Positions 20,222 through 32,439 are shown, counted from the stretch's first letter. The stretch: 64,000 bases of DNA from an uncultured archaeon (GCA_963799775.1 CAWCYD010000003.1:320001-384000), one strand, 5' to 3'. Notes: a model not told the origin generated them from the sequence alone. Numbers and translations: made by a program.

Positions 20222-21376
20222 TTGAAAGTCTATCTTGCGGCCTTCGGTTCGGGCATGGGGCACGCTTCAAGGATGACGACGCTGGCGAACGAGCTGGCCG
20301 CCTCCGGCGCCGAGGTCATGTTCTCGAGTTCCGGTGAAGTGACCAAGTGGCTGCTCTCCAAAGGATTCCGTTGCAACGACCTGCCTCTCGTCGACGTGGT
20401 CTTCACGGACCAAGGCGCTTTCTCCGCCACAGCCACGCTGAACTTCTTCCCGAAGATAATGACTCGCCTGCTTCAGCAGGTGCGGAGAGAGGTCGCCAAC
20501 CTATCGAGGTTCGGGCCTGATGTCGTGCTGAGCGACTCCGTCGCATCGACCTTGGTCGCTGCGAGGCTGCTCGGGATAAGGTCGGTCGCGGTGCTGAACC
20601 AGTTGCGGTTGATATCCTCGCCGAGGACTCCAAAGTCCATAGCGAGCGTCCTGACGGCAGCGAGCGTGGCAGCGGGAAGCATGTTCTGGAACCCATGCGA
20701 CGAGATACTCATACCCGATCTTCCGCCCCCCTACACGATAAGCGAGAGCAACCTCTGGAACGCAGGCCCCGCCTCCTCGAGGGCGAAGTACATCGGGTTC
20801 CTGACACCGCGATGGGCCGGAGGACAGAGGACGGATGGGGCATTCGCAGAATGGAAGAACGAGAAGAGGAAGCGCAAGGTCTACTGGCAGATCTCCGGCC
20901 CCCCGGCTACGAGAATGCCTTTCCTCGCGAAGGCCCTTGCTGCGGCGGAGGCGCTGTCAGAGGACTACCTCTTCGTCGTCACGGCGGGGAACCCTACAGG
21001 AACGCGGTCTCCCGCAGCCATCAGTGGGGGATATCTCTACCAATGGTGCGATGTCTCGGAGGCCTACATCGAGACCTGCGACGTCGTCGTCTCGAGGGCA
21101 GGACATGTGAGCATCTCCGACTATATCCTCAGGGCGAAACCATCGCTTCTGGTCCCCATCCCATCCCAGTCAGAGCAGATTGGGAACGCGAGCAAGGCCC
21201 AGCGCCTCGGAGTCTCGATAAGCGCTGACGAGGCGCAGCTCGACCCTAGGACAGTACTCGCTGCTCTCGTGCAGCTCGAGTCAGGCCGATTCGCAACCCG
21301 AGGGGCCGAGCTGAAGAAGATAGCCGACCAATTCGATGCGCTAGGAACGATGATGCAAGCTCTGAGCAGGCCCTAG
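20222..21376 (+). CDS. GT-B glycosyltransferase (GT28/MurG-like)
   Basis: GSGMGHASR, VVSRAGH and P..QSEQ..NA motifs. Confidence 0.85.
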   Translation: MKVYLAAFGSGMGHASRMTTLANELAASGAEVMFSSSGEVTKWLLSKGFRCNDLPLVDVVFTDQGAFSATATLNFFPKIMTRLLQQVRREVANLSRFGPDVVLSDSVASTLVAARLLGIRSVAVLNQLRLISSPRTPKSIASVLTAASVAAGSMFWNPCDEILIPDLPPPYTISESNLWNAGPASSRAKYIGFLTPRWAGGQRTDGAFAEWKNEKRKRKVYWQISGPPATRMPFLAKALAAAEALSEDYLFVVTAGNPTGTRSPAAISGGYLYQWCDVSEAYIETCDVVVSRAGHVSISDYILRAKPSLLVPIPSQSEQIGNASKAQRLGVSISADEAQLDPRTVLAALVQLESGRFATRGAELKKIADQFDALGTMMQALSRP

Positions 21377-22381
21377 CTCCTGGATCTCTTGATGGCGTCT
21401 AGCACTGTGTTCGCGTCAGCCTCTACGCCGCCGAACGAGCGCTCCGAGTATGCCCCGTTCTCCTCGAGCGCAGCGAGAGTCATTGCTCCGCCGCTCATAC
21501 CCTTTCGATGACCCAGGCCGAGGGAGCGGTAGGTCTCTCCGATTGCGTCGGCTTGCACGAGCAGCAGGGGGAGAGAGAGGTTGGGGAAGGCTCCTGCGAG
21601 GAGGGGGATCGCGCGAAGGGCCCCTCGGACGAAGGCCTGCTAGAGCCGTCTCATCGTGCTTCCTGAGCCACTGCCCGACCCTCCCGAAGGTCTCACTCTC
21701 CCTTCCTTCCAAGATCGCGAGTTGCAGCGATGTCGCATCCATCCTGAAGGACAGCTCGGAGTAGAGCCCGGCGACCCGCCGGAGGGCTGCTTCGTCCGTG
21801 CGCGAGTGCACAAGGCGGATTGCGAACCCGGAGAGCGCGGCCATCCACGCCATCGATGAGCTGTTCTGCCCTCCCGACACCAGGCACGTCACCCATCCAC
21901 CGCCAGTCGGAGACCCGCCGGGCCCGGCCCGTATCTCGACCCCACAGGCTCCTTTCTCACCGTCCATGGAGACGTGGAACCTGACGTCGGGCCTTCTCTC
22001 GCTGACCCTCGAACCCTTGACGGAAGAGAGGACGCCGGAGTTCCCAGCAAGGACGAGATCGCCCGCGCTCTTCTCGGAGTTGACGGCATGCGCCGAGACC
22101 CGGAAAGTCTTGCCCTCCCCGATGTAGTGCCCGGCGAGGTGCTCCAGGTTCTTCAGATACGCTTCGACACCTTGGAAGGTGTAGCCCACCGATATCCAGG
22201 CCACTCCTGGCAGGAACGACGCCCGACGCGCGACCATCACCGGGTCATCAGCGTCCAGGACGAACGTGTTCGCTATTCGCTTGGTATGAATCCTGGGCCT
22301 GCGGAGCTTCCGGACGAGCGTCACCTCGAGGTCTTCAAGGGAGCCGGCGCCGCTCCAGCCGACCATTGCCGCGGGCTTCAA
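21373..22381 (-). CDS. ThiI-like THUMP-domain protein with degenerate PP-loop (frameshift near 21590)
   Basis: LPGVAWIS, TFRVSA, GPGGSPTG and CLVSGGQNSSSMAW follow the ThiI N-terminal architecture. Confidence 0.65.
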
Positions 22382-22447
22382 TCCGATTTTGGAGCCCCAA
22401 GAGTGGTTTTTAAGCGGAACAGGGGTCGTTCTTGCTAGGGACTGGAG

Positions 22448-23767
22448 ATGGAGGAAGGAGTCGTCAAACAGGATTCGGTGCCCTTCTTCGTCGATCAAGG
22501 AGGTTCTCACCAAGCGTAGCATCTCGAAGACGACCGTCCACGGCTGGGTCGCGGGTAAGGCCGGGGTCGGCGGGATAGTCTTCGTGATACTGAGAGATGG
22601 CACGGGGTATCTGCAGTGCTCCGCCAAGAAAGGGGTAGCCACTCAGGACGTGTTCGAGGCCATTCGGGATGTGCCGAGGGAGTCGGTCGTGCAGGTGACC
22701 GGGGCCGTCAGGGAGGACAGGAGGGCCCCCGGGGGCGTCGAGCTGGTCGCAGAGCGGTTCCAGGTGCTCTCTCGCGCCGAGCCGTGGCCGATAACGAAGA
22801 CGGCCGCGAAGTCCGCCTCCTTCCTCTACGACATGCGCCATCTGAGCATAAGAGGACGCAAGTCGATTGCGACGATCAAGCTGAGGTCGGAGGTGATGGG
22901 GGCGTGCTCGGATTACTTCCGCGGGAGAGGCTTCACGCTCATCAGCGCACCCAGCTTCGTCCAAGCCGCGGTCGAGGGGGCTCGACCCTCTTCGATGCCC
23001 GTATTTCGGAAAGAAGGCGTACCTGAGCCAGAGCGCACAATTCTACGAGGAGGCCGCGCTTGCGGGCCTCGAGAAGGTCTGGATCTGCCAACCCGCGTTC
23101 AGGGCGGAGAAGTCGAGGACAGCCAAGCATCTCACAGAGTTCTGGATGGTGGAGGCGGAGCGCGCCTTCGCGGACCAGGCGGCGAACATGGAGCTTCAAG
23201 AAGGGCTGGTAGAGTTCATCGTAGACAGCGTGCTGAGGAACAGGAGGGACGAGCTTGCGACGCTCGGGCATGGCCCTAGTCAAGCCGGCGATCCCCCTCG
23301 AGAGGGTGAGCTACGACAAGGTGAGGGATTTCGCGGACTCCCAGGGGGTCCATTTCGAGTGGGGAGAGGACATCCCGACCGAGGCCGAGAGGCTCATCTC
23401 GCTCTCAAGGAAGGATCCCTTCTTCGTCACTGACTTCCCTCTGTCCGCTCGCTCTTTCTACCACATGACCTACGACGACAGGCCCCATGTGACGATGTCT
23501 GCCGACCTCATCGCGCCCGAGGGCTACGGCGAGCTCGCGACGGGAGGCCAGAGGATCGCCGAGTACTACCCGCTTCTGCAGAGGATAAAGAGCCATGACC
23601 TCCCTCCAGAGGCTTTCTCCTGGTATCTAGACCTGCGCAAGTTCGGTATGCCCTACCATTCCGGGTTCGGGATGGGCGTCGAGAGGGTCACCCGTTGGGT
23701 CGCCGGTTTGAAGAACATCAGGTCTGCGAGCCTCTTCCCGCGGACCACCACGCGCCTCTCGCCCTGA
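22448..23767 (+). CDS. asnS: asparagine--tRNA ligase (several frameshifts)
   Basis: OB-fold VHGWV..FVILRDGTG, FRAEKSRTAKHLTEFWMVEAE, APEGYGE and HSGFGMGVER.W. Confidence 0.85.
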
Positions 23768-23845
23768 CCCGCAGTCCAGACCGAATACTTTCACTCTCCC
23801 CTACGCTAACGCTTTTAAGACTGCGAGAGGCCTTCGAGTTTCATC

Positions 23846-24869
23846 TTGGTTGAAGCAGAGACGGAGGAAATCGAAGAGGTCGACGAGGACATGGACGTCA
23901 CGAGCCTTCCCGGAGTCGGGCCGGCTACTAAGACCAAGCTGAACGACAAGGGGATACTGACCATTCTTGACCTCGCGACGGCAGGGCCAGCGGACATCGC
24001 CGAGGCAATCGACGTCGACATCACAAAGGCCGTGGACCTCAACAACAAGGCAAGGAAGAAGCTGGTAGAGATCGGAAGGCTAGAGCCTGATTTCATCAGC
24101 GCTTCCGAGCTCCTCGTGAGGAGGAAGGGGATTAGCCGTCTCTCGACGGGCTCCAAGAACCTCGACGAGCTCCTCGCAGGAGGGATCGAGACCTGGGCGT
24201 TGACCGAGTTCTACGGGGAGTTCGGGTCTGGGAAGACGCAGATCTGCCACACTCTCTGTTGCATGGTGCAGCTCCCTATCGAGCAGGGAGGCCTCGACGG
24301 AGGGGCCATCTACATCGACACGGAAGGCACTTTCAGGCCCGAGAGGCTGGCGCAGATAGCAGAGGCGCGGGGCATGGACCCGGAGACCGTCCTCTCGAAG
24401 GTCATGGTGGCAAGGGCGTACAACAGCGCCCACCAAGAGCTGATAACGAAGGGACCTCGGCAGGATGATAGAGAAGAACAAGGTCAAGCTCGTCATCGTA
24501 GACAGCGCCGTAGCCCACTACAGGGCCGAGTTCCTCGGCAGAGGGCACCTCGCCGAGAGACAGCAGAGGCTGAACAGATTCATGCACCAGCTCCTGAGGA
24601 CGGCGGAGATCTACAACATCGCGATAATCCTCACGAACCAGGTGCAGGCGGCACCAGACAGCTTCTTCGGGGCCCCGACAAGGGCGACGGGAGGCCACGT
24701 CGTGGCGCACACGAGCACCTATCGCATCTACCTGCGCAAGGCCGGAAAGAACCGCATCGCAAGGATGATTGACAGCCCCTACCACCCGGAGAGGGACGCG
24801 GTCTTCATGCTGGACGAAAAGGGGGTCGACGACCCGCCCGACGAGGGCACCAGCTCCAAGAGACGGTAG
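23846..24869 (+). CDS. radA: DNA repair and recombination protein RadA (frameshift near 24450)
   Basis: Hh[32 protein letters not shown] and DSPYHP. Confidence 0.96.
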
Positions 24870-24917
24870 CTGGGCAACGGTTTTAATATCTTCAGCTGGC
24901 GGCCCTAGACAGTTCTG

Positions 24918-27687
24918 ATGAAGTCAAGGGCCCTCCTCGTTTTTGTCCTGATACTTTCCCTCACGCTAGTCCCGACCCTCCAGCTTGCTCTGGCAGCGTC
25001 GTCCAGCACTTCGACCACCTCGACCTCGACGAGCACCACGTCGACGTCGACCTCGTCCCCCTCGAATGCTTTCTCGCAGAGGCTGGACATATACGTCGCC
25101 GGCTCGAGCGACTACTGGCTGGCAAAGATCAGCCCGATCAACGCGACGAAGCCTGGGCCCTCGCAGCAGAGTCTGTTTCAGGCGTGAGCGCGTACGAACT
25201 GACCGCGATGAAGATCAGCTCTGCGACAGCGGCCACGCAACTGTTCTGGGGAGACGGCTACAGGCTGTTCAAGCTGCCCTTCCTTCCTGACTCTGGGATG
25301 TTCCTCAACGTCACCGCGACAAGCGCTGCTGCAGCCGCCAAGGCCGCGGGCGGCTTCAACCAGTTCGTAGGCGGGAACTTCGAGCAGATTGGCTCCTCGG
25401 GGAGCAACTACACATTCTTCAGCGCCGGCGACTTCACCCTAGGCGGAGAGATCATCTATTCCGCTACCGTCCCGACGGCAGAGAAGGGTCTCGCGAGCAT
25501 AAGTTCAGCCTTCAGCCTTGCGGCCGACCCCACGCCTACGGCCATCCTGACAGGAGTACGCAGCGGGAGCTCGTTCACACACACGATAACGTTCGGCTCG
25601 TTCGAGACGAACGGTGTGGCTGCAAACGCAAGCCTCACGCTCGCAAAGGCCCTGAGCCAGTCGAACGACAGCATCCTCGCGCCGGCAAGCCCAGGAACGA
25701 CGAACGTCGTCGTCCACGCGCTCGACGGCTTGATCAGCAGCACGGACCCTGCCAAGATCGCCAACCACGAAGGAAACTACAGTTCGAGCTACGCTTTCAC
25801 CGTCCCGCCGGGCTCTAGGTTCAGGCCGAACATCACTTTGATGCAGGACCCGCCTGTGCTGACCGCCACCAGGCTCGTCTCGTCCGGCTCTGCGATCCAG
25901 AACGGCCTCGTCACGGTAACGGTGCTCCTAAGGAACACGGCCAAGGCGGGGACGATCGACAACATCAAGACGAACGACAGCTGGTGGACCGCCTACCCGT
26001 CGCTCTTCTCTCTCTCGGCCGGGAGCTCTTCCATCACCGTACCTACCCTCGCGGGAGGCCAGAACGCCTCTGAGGTCTACGTCCTCAAGGTCATCTCCTC
26101 GACGAGCGATGGAGCCTGACCGTACCCGCCGCGACCGTCTCCTACTCGTATTCTGCAGGAGGAAGCGGCAACCTGACGATAAGCGCGACGACGAAGACCA
26201 ACCAGGTGGAGGTGAGGACCAACAACGTAGGCCCGGCAATCGAGATAACCGCCGCAAGCGACGCCAAGTCAGGTTCGCCGATCGGCACGAACGCGCACTA
26301 CACCGTGAGCGTGGAGAACACAGGCAACGACGCCGCCCTGACCCTCAAGGCCGGGAACTTCACCGACGCGACCCTCGTACAAGGAGGGGCGGTCTGGACT
26401 TTCAACATGTCCGTCCCCGTCACAAGCCTTGTCCAAAGGAACTTCACGCAGACTTTCACCGTGACCTGGACGGCACCAGACGGCACGCCGGGGACGTTGA
26501 CATCGAACGCGGACACGCTCACTCTCTCGCACAACGGCGTGCTTCTGCCGTTGATGGAGTTCTCATACGCCTCGACCCTCTCGCCTGAGGTGCTGGCGAG
26601 CGGCAAGGCCAACGCGACCTACACGCTCACCAACTCTGGCACGGCCGGGTCCACGAGCACGACCGTCACCCAACCGTTCGCCTCTGGCGTTTCCTGCACG
26701 TCGGTGGTGAGCGGGAACGCCACCTGCAGCGGGTCGAGCTTGACTTTGTCGACGGGTCCGGTCGCCCCCGGGAACAACGTGATAGGACAGGCGGCGATGT
26801 CGTTCGGGACTGACAACTACGTCTCGTCCCCGGCCAGCATCACCGCAAGCTACCAAGGCATCACCCTGCAGACGAGAGGGGATGGCTACGTCCTCCCGGC
26901 CGGCCTTACAGTGGTGAGGACCGACTCGCCGAACCCGATCTTCCAAGGAGAGAACGACACGGTGACGATGAGCGTCATAAACACAGGCACCCTCCCTGTG
27001 TACAACATGTCCGTCTCAACCCAGCCTGACAGCTTCGACAGAGCGGTATCCGGGAGCCTTTTCAAGCTCTATCCCGTGGTCAACGCCAGCACGACGGACT
27101 CATTCAACTACACCACGAACATAGTGACGCCAGGGAACCACACGACCGCCCAGATCATCCTCTCGTACGCCTTCGCCGGATACGCTGCGTCCTACAGCGC
27201 CTACTCGGGGACGGTAGAGGCCTACAAGGCTGTCACGGTCACCACGACCACCAAACCTAACGTACCGACCGAAGGGTCGGACTTCGCCCTCGCCGTATCC
27301 ATCGAGAACCCATCAAAGACGAACGTGACGAACGTCTCGTTGTCGCTCCCCGTCCCTCAAGGACTGACCATCGCGAACAGCTCATCGGCGATTGAGGTCC
27401 GCGGCCACACGCTCTACATCAGTCTGCCTTCCCTCGGGGCAGGGGTCACCTCGACCCACTTCATCGCGGTAAAGTCAGGGACCGACGGGACTTTCGCCTT
27501 CGGCACCGGGAGCCTGAGCTTCCAGTATCTGGGGCAGACGATCAACGGGATCATCAACGCTCCTGCCATCTCAGTGGGGGTGGACCTCTTGCTGCGCTAT
27601 GAAATCCCGATAGGCGCTGCGGTGGTCCTGACAATCCTCGTCGCCGTCTACATGCACAGGAAGCTCTCAGTCCCCCAACCCAAGTGA
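24918..27687 (+). CDS. large secreted, C-terminally anchored S-layer-like glycoprotein (frameshifts near 25155 and 26110-26205)
   Basis: Signal peptide, S/T-rich linker, repeated Ig-like V.V.N.G beta domains, many NxS/T sequons, and a C-terminal TM followed by basic residues. Confidence 0.8.
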
Positions 27688-27693
27688 CCCAAA

Positions 27694-28180
27694 GTGGTCG
27701 ATGAGTCAGGTGCTCAGCGCTCGACTTCGACAGGACTGATTGAAGAGAGGTCAGCCGGGGCCATAGTCTTCAGGCGCGAGTCCGGGTCGCCCAGGTATCT
27801 CCTCTTGAAGTATCCCGCAGGACACTGGCGACCTCCCAAAGGGCAACATAGAGAAGGGAGAAGAGCCGTTGCAGACCATGATGAGGGAGGTCCGCGAGGA
27901 GTCGGGAATCCAGGAGCTCCAGGTCGTCCCAGGCTTCAAGAGGAAGATCGAGTACTTTTACCGACGAGACGGCATGAAGGTGCACAAGACGGTGGTCTTC
28001 TTCCTCGCTGAGACCGCGGTCGAGAAGGTGACCATCTCGTTCGAGCACCAGGCCTACGGTTGGTTCGACTTTGCCGACGCGATCAAGACGGTGACCTACC
28101 CGAACGCGATAAGGCTCATCAGGGAGGCGGAGTCTTTCACAGGAGACGAGAAGGCTACGACGCACGCGCAGTCCGGTTGA
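27694..28180 (+). CDS. NUDIX hydrolase, Ap4A hydrolase-like (frameshift near 27830)
   Basis: RSAGAIVFR, GHW..PKG, MREVREESG and SFEH..Y.W. Confidence 0.88.
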
Positions 28181-29250
28181 CCCAGTCTTCCACCCTCTCC
28201 ATCGCTATCTCGTCGGGCATCGAAGAAGGAGGGTGCTTCATGAGCCAGGCGCTGGCCTCGATTAGAGGCCCTCCGACCTTGCGGTCGAGAGCGATCTTGC
28301 AGTACCTGATGGCGTCGACGACGACGCCTGCTGAGTTGGCCTTGTCGTCCACCTCCAGCCTCATCTCCATGTTGAAGGGGATGCCGGGGAACATCGAACC
28401 CTCTATCCTGATGAACGCAAGTTTCGTGTTGCCCAGGTATGGGATGAAGTCGCTAGGGCCGACGTATATCCTCTCGCTGGGTAGGCGATGCTTGAGCATG
28501 CTCTGGACCGCCTCCGTCTTCGAGATCCTCTTCGACTCCAAGCGCTGCTGCTCCTTCATGTTGAGGAAGTCCGTGTTCCCGCCGACGTTGATCTGGTATG
28601 TCCTGTCCACCCTCACGGACCTGTCCGAGCAGAGCCTGGCGAGCGTCCTGTGCACTATCGTGGCCCCGACGACACCCTTCACGTCGTCCCCGATTATCGG
28701 CAGTCTCCTCTTCGAGAACCTGCTGGCCCATGCGGGCGTCGAGGCTATGAACACGGGGATGCAGTTGATGAACCCGATTCCGGCCTCGAGCGCGACGTCC
28801 GCCCAGAACTCCGTCGCCTTCTGGCTCCCGACCGGCAGGTAGTTGACGATGGACCTGCGTCTTGGAGCTCTTCAGGTCGTCGAGCACCTCTTCTCTGATC
28901 TTGCCTATCGGCCTGCCGCTCTTGATCGGCCTTATCTTCTCCCCCACATACAAGCCCACGCCGTCGAGGACCGGCGATTCGTTCACCGTCGCGTCGCAGT
29001 TCGAGACCGAGTCCGTCCACCTGACCATGTTCGGCCCCAGGTAGATGGCCTTGGAGAGTGGCTTCCCCACTTTGTTTGCTCCGACGTCGAAAGCGCTGAC
29101 AAAGTCGATATCCTCGATTCGGTAGCTCCCGATCTTCGTATTCCCAAGCGCCCTGGCGTCCTTGTCTCCCCGCTTGCAGAGCTCAATCCCTTGGATGATG
29201 CCAGAGGCGCAGTTCCCCACCCCGACGATGCCGGCGCGTATCTTCGACAA
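28155..29250 (-). CDS. ino1: myo-inositol-1-phosphate synthase (frameshift near 28850)
   Basis: GIVGVGNCAS, NYLPVGS, IIGDDVK, GGNTDFLNM, SKRISKT and MKHPP. Confidence 0.93.
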
Positions 29251-29324
29251 CCAGACTCTTTCCTGTTTGCCTGCCGGCCCGGCACGTGATTATAAACTGC
29301 TTCGTGAGTGTCCTTCGAAACTGG

Positions 29325-30068
29325 CTAGCTCTTAGGAGCCAGATCAAGATTCAGCTCCTCAACGGCTCGGATTGGGTCTCGCGCATCGATCACCGACCTG
29401 CCCACGATGACGTAATCCGAGCCGGCCGCGAGGGCTTTCCTCGCGTCTCCACCTTGGACACCGACTCCCGGGCTGAGTATCAGCTGATTGTCTCTGAGGA
29501 TCGACCTCACCTCCCTGATTATGGAGGGAGACTTGGACGAGACGACGGCGCCGTCGGCACCCCACTTTTTCGTCTTCTCTGCGAACTTCACATAGAGGGG
29601 TACGCCTCCCCCCACCTTCAAACCGTATCCCTCGCGTGCGCCGCGGTGGCTCATGTAAACAAGTAGGAGGAGCGCCTTGCCCATCTCCTTCGACTTTTTC
29701 AGGACGTCTCCGATTCCCTCGTCGTATCCAACGAACGGGTTGGCGATCAGGACGTCGAAGCCGTTCGAGAACAAGGTCTCGGTCGCTTCCAGATTGGTGG
29801 AGCCTATGTCGTTCAGCTTCAAGTCGGCGATGAGCGGGAGGTCGGCGTCTCGGCACGTCGTGGCCAGCTCTCTCAACCCCAAGACGCCGAAGGGCAGGAT
29901 GAGGTGCATGTTGACCTTGACCGCGACGATTCTGTCCTTCACCTTGGAGACGAGACCCGTGGCCCTCGAGACCCTGCTCTCGTACGGCCCTCCGATGTCG
30001 GCGGCGAGGACGATCCTGCTACCAGTCTCTATTGACCTTGAGTTGAGCCAATCGATGAGGGGCCTCAC
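29325..30068 (-). CDS. pyrF: orotidine 5'-phosphate decarboxylase
   Basis: IADLKLNDIGST, SPGVGVQGG and IVGRS. Confidence 0.93.
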   Translation of the reverse strand: MRPLIDWLNSRSIETGSRIVLAADIGGPYESRVSRATGLVSKVKDRIVAVKVNMHLILPFGVLGLRELATTCRDADLPLIADLKLNDIGSTNLEATETLFSNGFDVLIANPFVGYDEGIGDVLKKSKEMGKALLLLVYMSHRGAREGYGLKVGGGVPLYVKFAEKTKKWGADGAVVSSKSPSIIREVRSILRDNQLILSPGVGVQGGDARKALAAGSDYVIVGRSVIDARDPIRAVEELNLDLAPKS

Positions 30069-30733
30069 TTGAACTCGACCAGAGGGTGTTTCTCTTTGAG
30101 CTTCACGACTTTGACGTAGATCGACCCATGTTCGTCGATCCGCTTGCTAAAGTCGGTGTCCGCCAACCTCGAAGCCGAGTACCTGACAAAGCCCGATGTC
30201 GGCTCCTTCTCGAGCCTGCAGTAGAAGAAGAGGGAGGCCTCCTCAAAGTCGTCGAGGCGGGCGAAGCAGCCCGTAATCCAGCTCGTGCCGTTCTTGAAGG
30301 TGTAAAGGGGGAGGGGCGGCTCCTCGTAGAGCATCTTGTAGGAGGCGATTTTCATCAGGTTTGCAAGGTCTGAGACCTGCGCGGCCAGGAACCTTGCCTT
30401 GAACCCCTGTCTCTTCTCGAGGACGCGAGGGAGTTTCAAGACGTGCACGATGGGCGCGTACATGTACGAGGGGTTGAGGGCAGCCTCGACGAGCTGGGCC
30501 TCCTCTGTCTCTCCCGAGCTCCTGTAGGCGATGAACTCGCCGCCTTTCTCGACCTCGATGTAGTAGAAGATGGGGATCCCCATGAAAAGATCTGTCTGGA
30601 CGGCTAGCCTGTACTTGCTCCCTTCCTTAGACATGAAGATTGGGAAGGGCGCCCTCTCGAACGCGCAGGAGAGCCGTGCGAGGTCGGTGAGGCTCGTGAG
30701 CTCGACGAAGCAGGCACCAATTATTCGCTTCAT
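30065..30733 (-). CDS. hypothetical protein (internally duplicated ~100-aa module)
   Basis: The ORF overlaps the pyrF start. Its two halves share a pattern (VxL..L.+L..../FYY/F+.Y/Y..+V.V.K). Confidence 0.75.
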   Translation of the reverse strand: MKRIIGACFVELTSLTDLARLSCAFERAPFPIFMSKEGSKYRLAVQTDLFMGIPIFYYIEVEKGGEFIAYRSSGETEEAQLVEAALNPSYMYAPIVHVLKLPRVLEKRQGFKARFLAAQVSDLANLMKIASYKMLYEEPPLPLYTFKNGTSWITGCFARLDDFEEASLFFYCRLEKEPTSGFVRYSASRLADTDFSKRIDEHGSIYVKVVKLKEKHPLVEFK

Positions 30734-30825
30734 ACCTACTGCCTCGGCTCTAGGTTTCGCTGACAAACTCTGCGCTCGCAATTCTTGGTCTTTAATAATG
30801 TTCGCAATTCTTTGAGGCCTAGCCG

Positions 30826-31239
30826 ATGCAATCGCGGACGAGCGACGGGGTCCAGACCATTCCTCCAGAGGACCGCCAAAGGTTCAGCAAGCGCGCGCTG
30901 ACCCTACAAGCGATGCTCTCGACCGGAGAGCCGAGCGACGATGTCGTCTGGCGGGCATATTCCGAGACTGAGAAACTGATCGCGATCCTGAAGTTCAAGA
31001 CGGGCTACGAGACCCCGGGCGTCTTCACAAAGCTTCCCGACGCCAAAGACACCAGGCGCTTGGTCAAGAATGCAGTCGAGTTGCTCGTGGCCTCTGCCGA
31101 CGTGCTAGAGAAGGGGGAGGTCGTCACATCCATAGAGACCCTGCGAGGTGCTCGGAACAACCTCAGGAGCTATCTGAGGGCAAAGCGAAGGCTCGCAGCC
31201 AGGCCTTCGAAAGGAACAGATTCAGCGGCTAGCCGGTAG
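30826..31239 (+). CDS. hypothetical helical protein
   Basis: 137-aa ORF after a TATA-like tttaataa, divergent from the previous gene. Confidence 0.7.
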   Translation: MQSRTSDGVQTIPPEDRQRFSKRALTLQAMLSTGEPSDDVVWRAYSETEKLIAILKFKTGYETPGVFTKLPDAKDTRRLVKNAVELLVASADVLEKGEVVTSIETLRGARNNLRSYLRAKRRLAARPSKGTDSAASR

Positions 31240-31642
31240 ACTCTTTCTCGGTGGTCTTCGGGGGAGTCTTTTCCTCGTCGGAGGCCTTCTCCTCCTCCTT
31301 CTCTGGTTTCGTCTCCTCCTTCTTCTCCTTGGCCTTCTTCTCTGGTTTCTCTTCCTCTTCCTCCTCCGCCTCTAGCTCGACCAGCCTGAGTTCTCCGGCC
31401 TCTACCAGCACCCTGTAGTCGCTCCTTACCTTCTCAATGCTGAGGAACCTCTTGATGTAGGTCTTGACCTGCCTTGATCCCACTCCCTTCCTGAGCGACT
31501 TGTCCTCGATGTCCATCTCTCCCCCGCTGACCTCTCCTTTGGTGCCGATCCTAGGCTCCAAGAAGGCCGCGAGCTGGCCCCCTTTGTCCTTGAGGGTGCC
31601 GAGAAGTATCTTCATGGCTTGTTCTGCTGACCCCTCCTCCAT
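31229..31642 (-). CDS. ribosomal protein eL22-like with acidic/charged tail
   Basis: LAAFLEPRIG...RQVKTYIKRFL...RSDYRVL followed by an acidic tail, resembling the L22e family. Confidence 0.6.
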   Translation of the reverse strand: MEEGSAEQAMKILLGTLKDKGGQLAAFLEPRIGTKGEVSGGEMDIEDKSLRKGVGSRQVKTYIKRFLSIEKVRSDYRVLVEAGELRLVELEAEEEEEEKPEKKAKEKKEETKPEKEEEKASDEEKTPPKTTEKESTG

Positions 31643-31655
31643 GTGATTATAACGA

Positions 31656-32439
31656 TTATCGTCCTAGCCTTCTCCGACGTCTCTGGTAGGTGCCTGATCG
31701 CGCGAAGGAGGTCTATCTTGCGGAACGCCGGCCAGTAGACATCTAGGAAGACAAGCTCGCTGTATGCTCCCTGCCACAAGAGGAAACCGCTCGTCCGCTC
31801 CTCCCCGGATGTCCTGATGATCAGGTCCGGCTCCGGGTTCGGCAGGTGCGAGGTGTAGAGCCTTTGGGCGATGGTCTCCTCTGTGATGCTCTCAGGAGAC
31901 AAGATACCTTTCTTGACGTCCTCAGCGATCCCTCTCACGGAGTCGGTAATCTCGGTCCTCCCCCCGTAGGCGACGGCTATGTTGAGGAAGTGCCCGTCGA
32001 AATCGGCTGTCTTGTTCTCCACCTCGTCGAGTATGTCCCTCATCTCTTGGGGGAGGAGGTCGAACTTGCCGATCCCCTTGACCCTGACCCGATACCTGTA
32101 GATCCTCTGGTCCGTGAGAAGCCTTCGGAGCCGCTCCTCGATGAGGCGGAAGAGCTCAGCGACCTCTTCCGGCGTCCTCTGGAGGTTCTCTGTCGAGAGG
32201 ACGTAGAGCGTTATCGACTTTATCCCTATCTCGTGACACCAGTCGAGCAGCCTCTCGACCACGTCCGCCCCCTGCGTGTGGCCGAGGTCGATGGTCAGCT
32301 TGTGGTTCTGCGCCCACCTCCTGTTCCCGTCGAGGATTATCCCGATGTGCCCTGGTATCGGCCCCTTCTCGATCTGGGAGTTGAGAGAACTCTCGTAGAC
32401 CCTATAGGCACCGATAGACCGCAATACCCCGTCAAGCAC
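31656..32439 (-). CDS. uppS: cis-prenyltransferase (polyprenyl diphosphate synthase; frameshift near 31690)
   Basis: HIGIILDGNRRWA, LSTEN, AYGGR, PDLIIRTSGEERTSGFL and C-terminal RRLGR. Confidence 0.95.
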
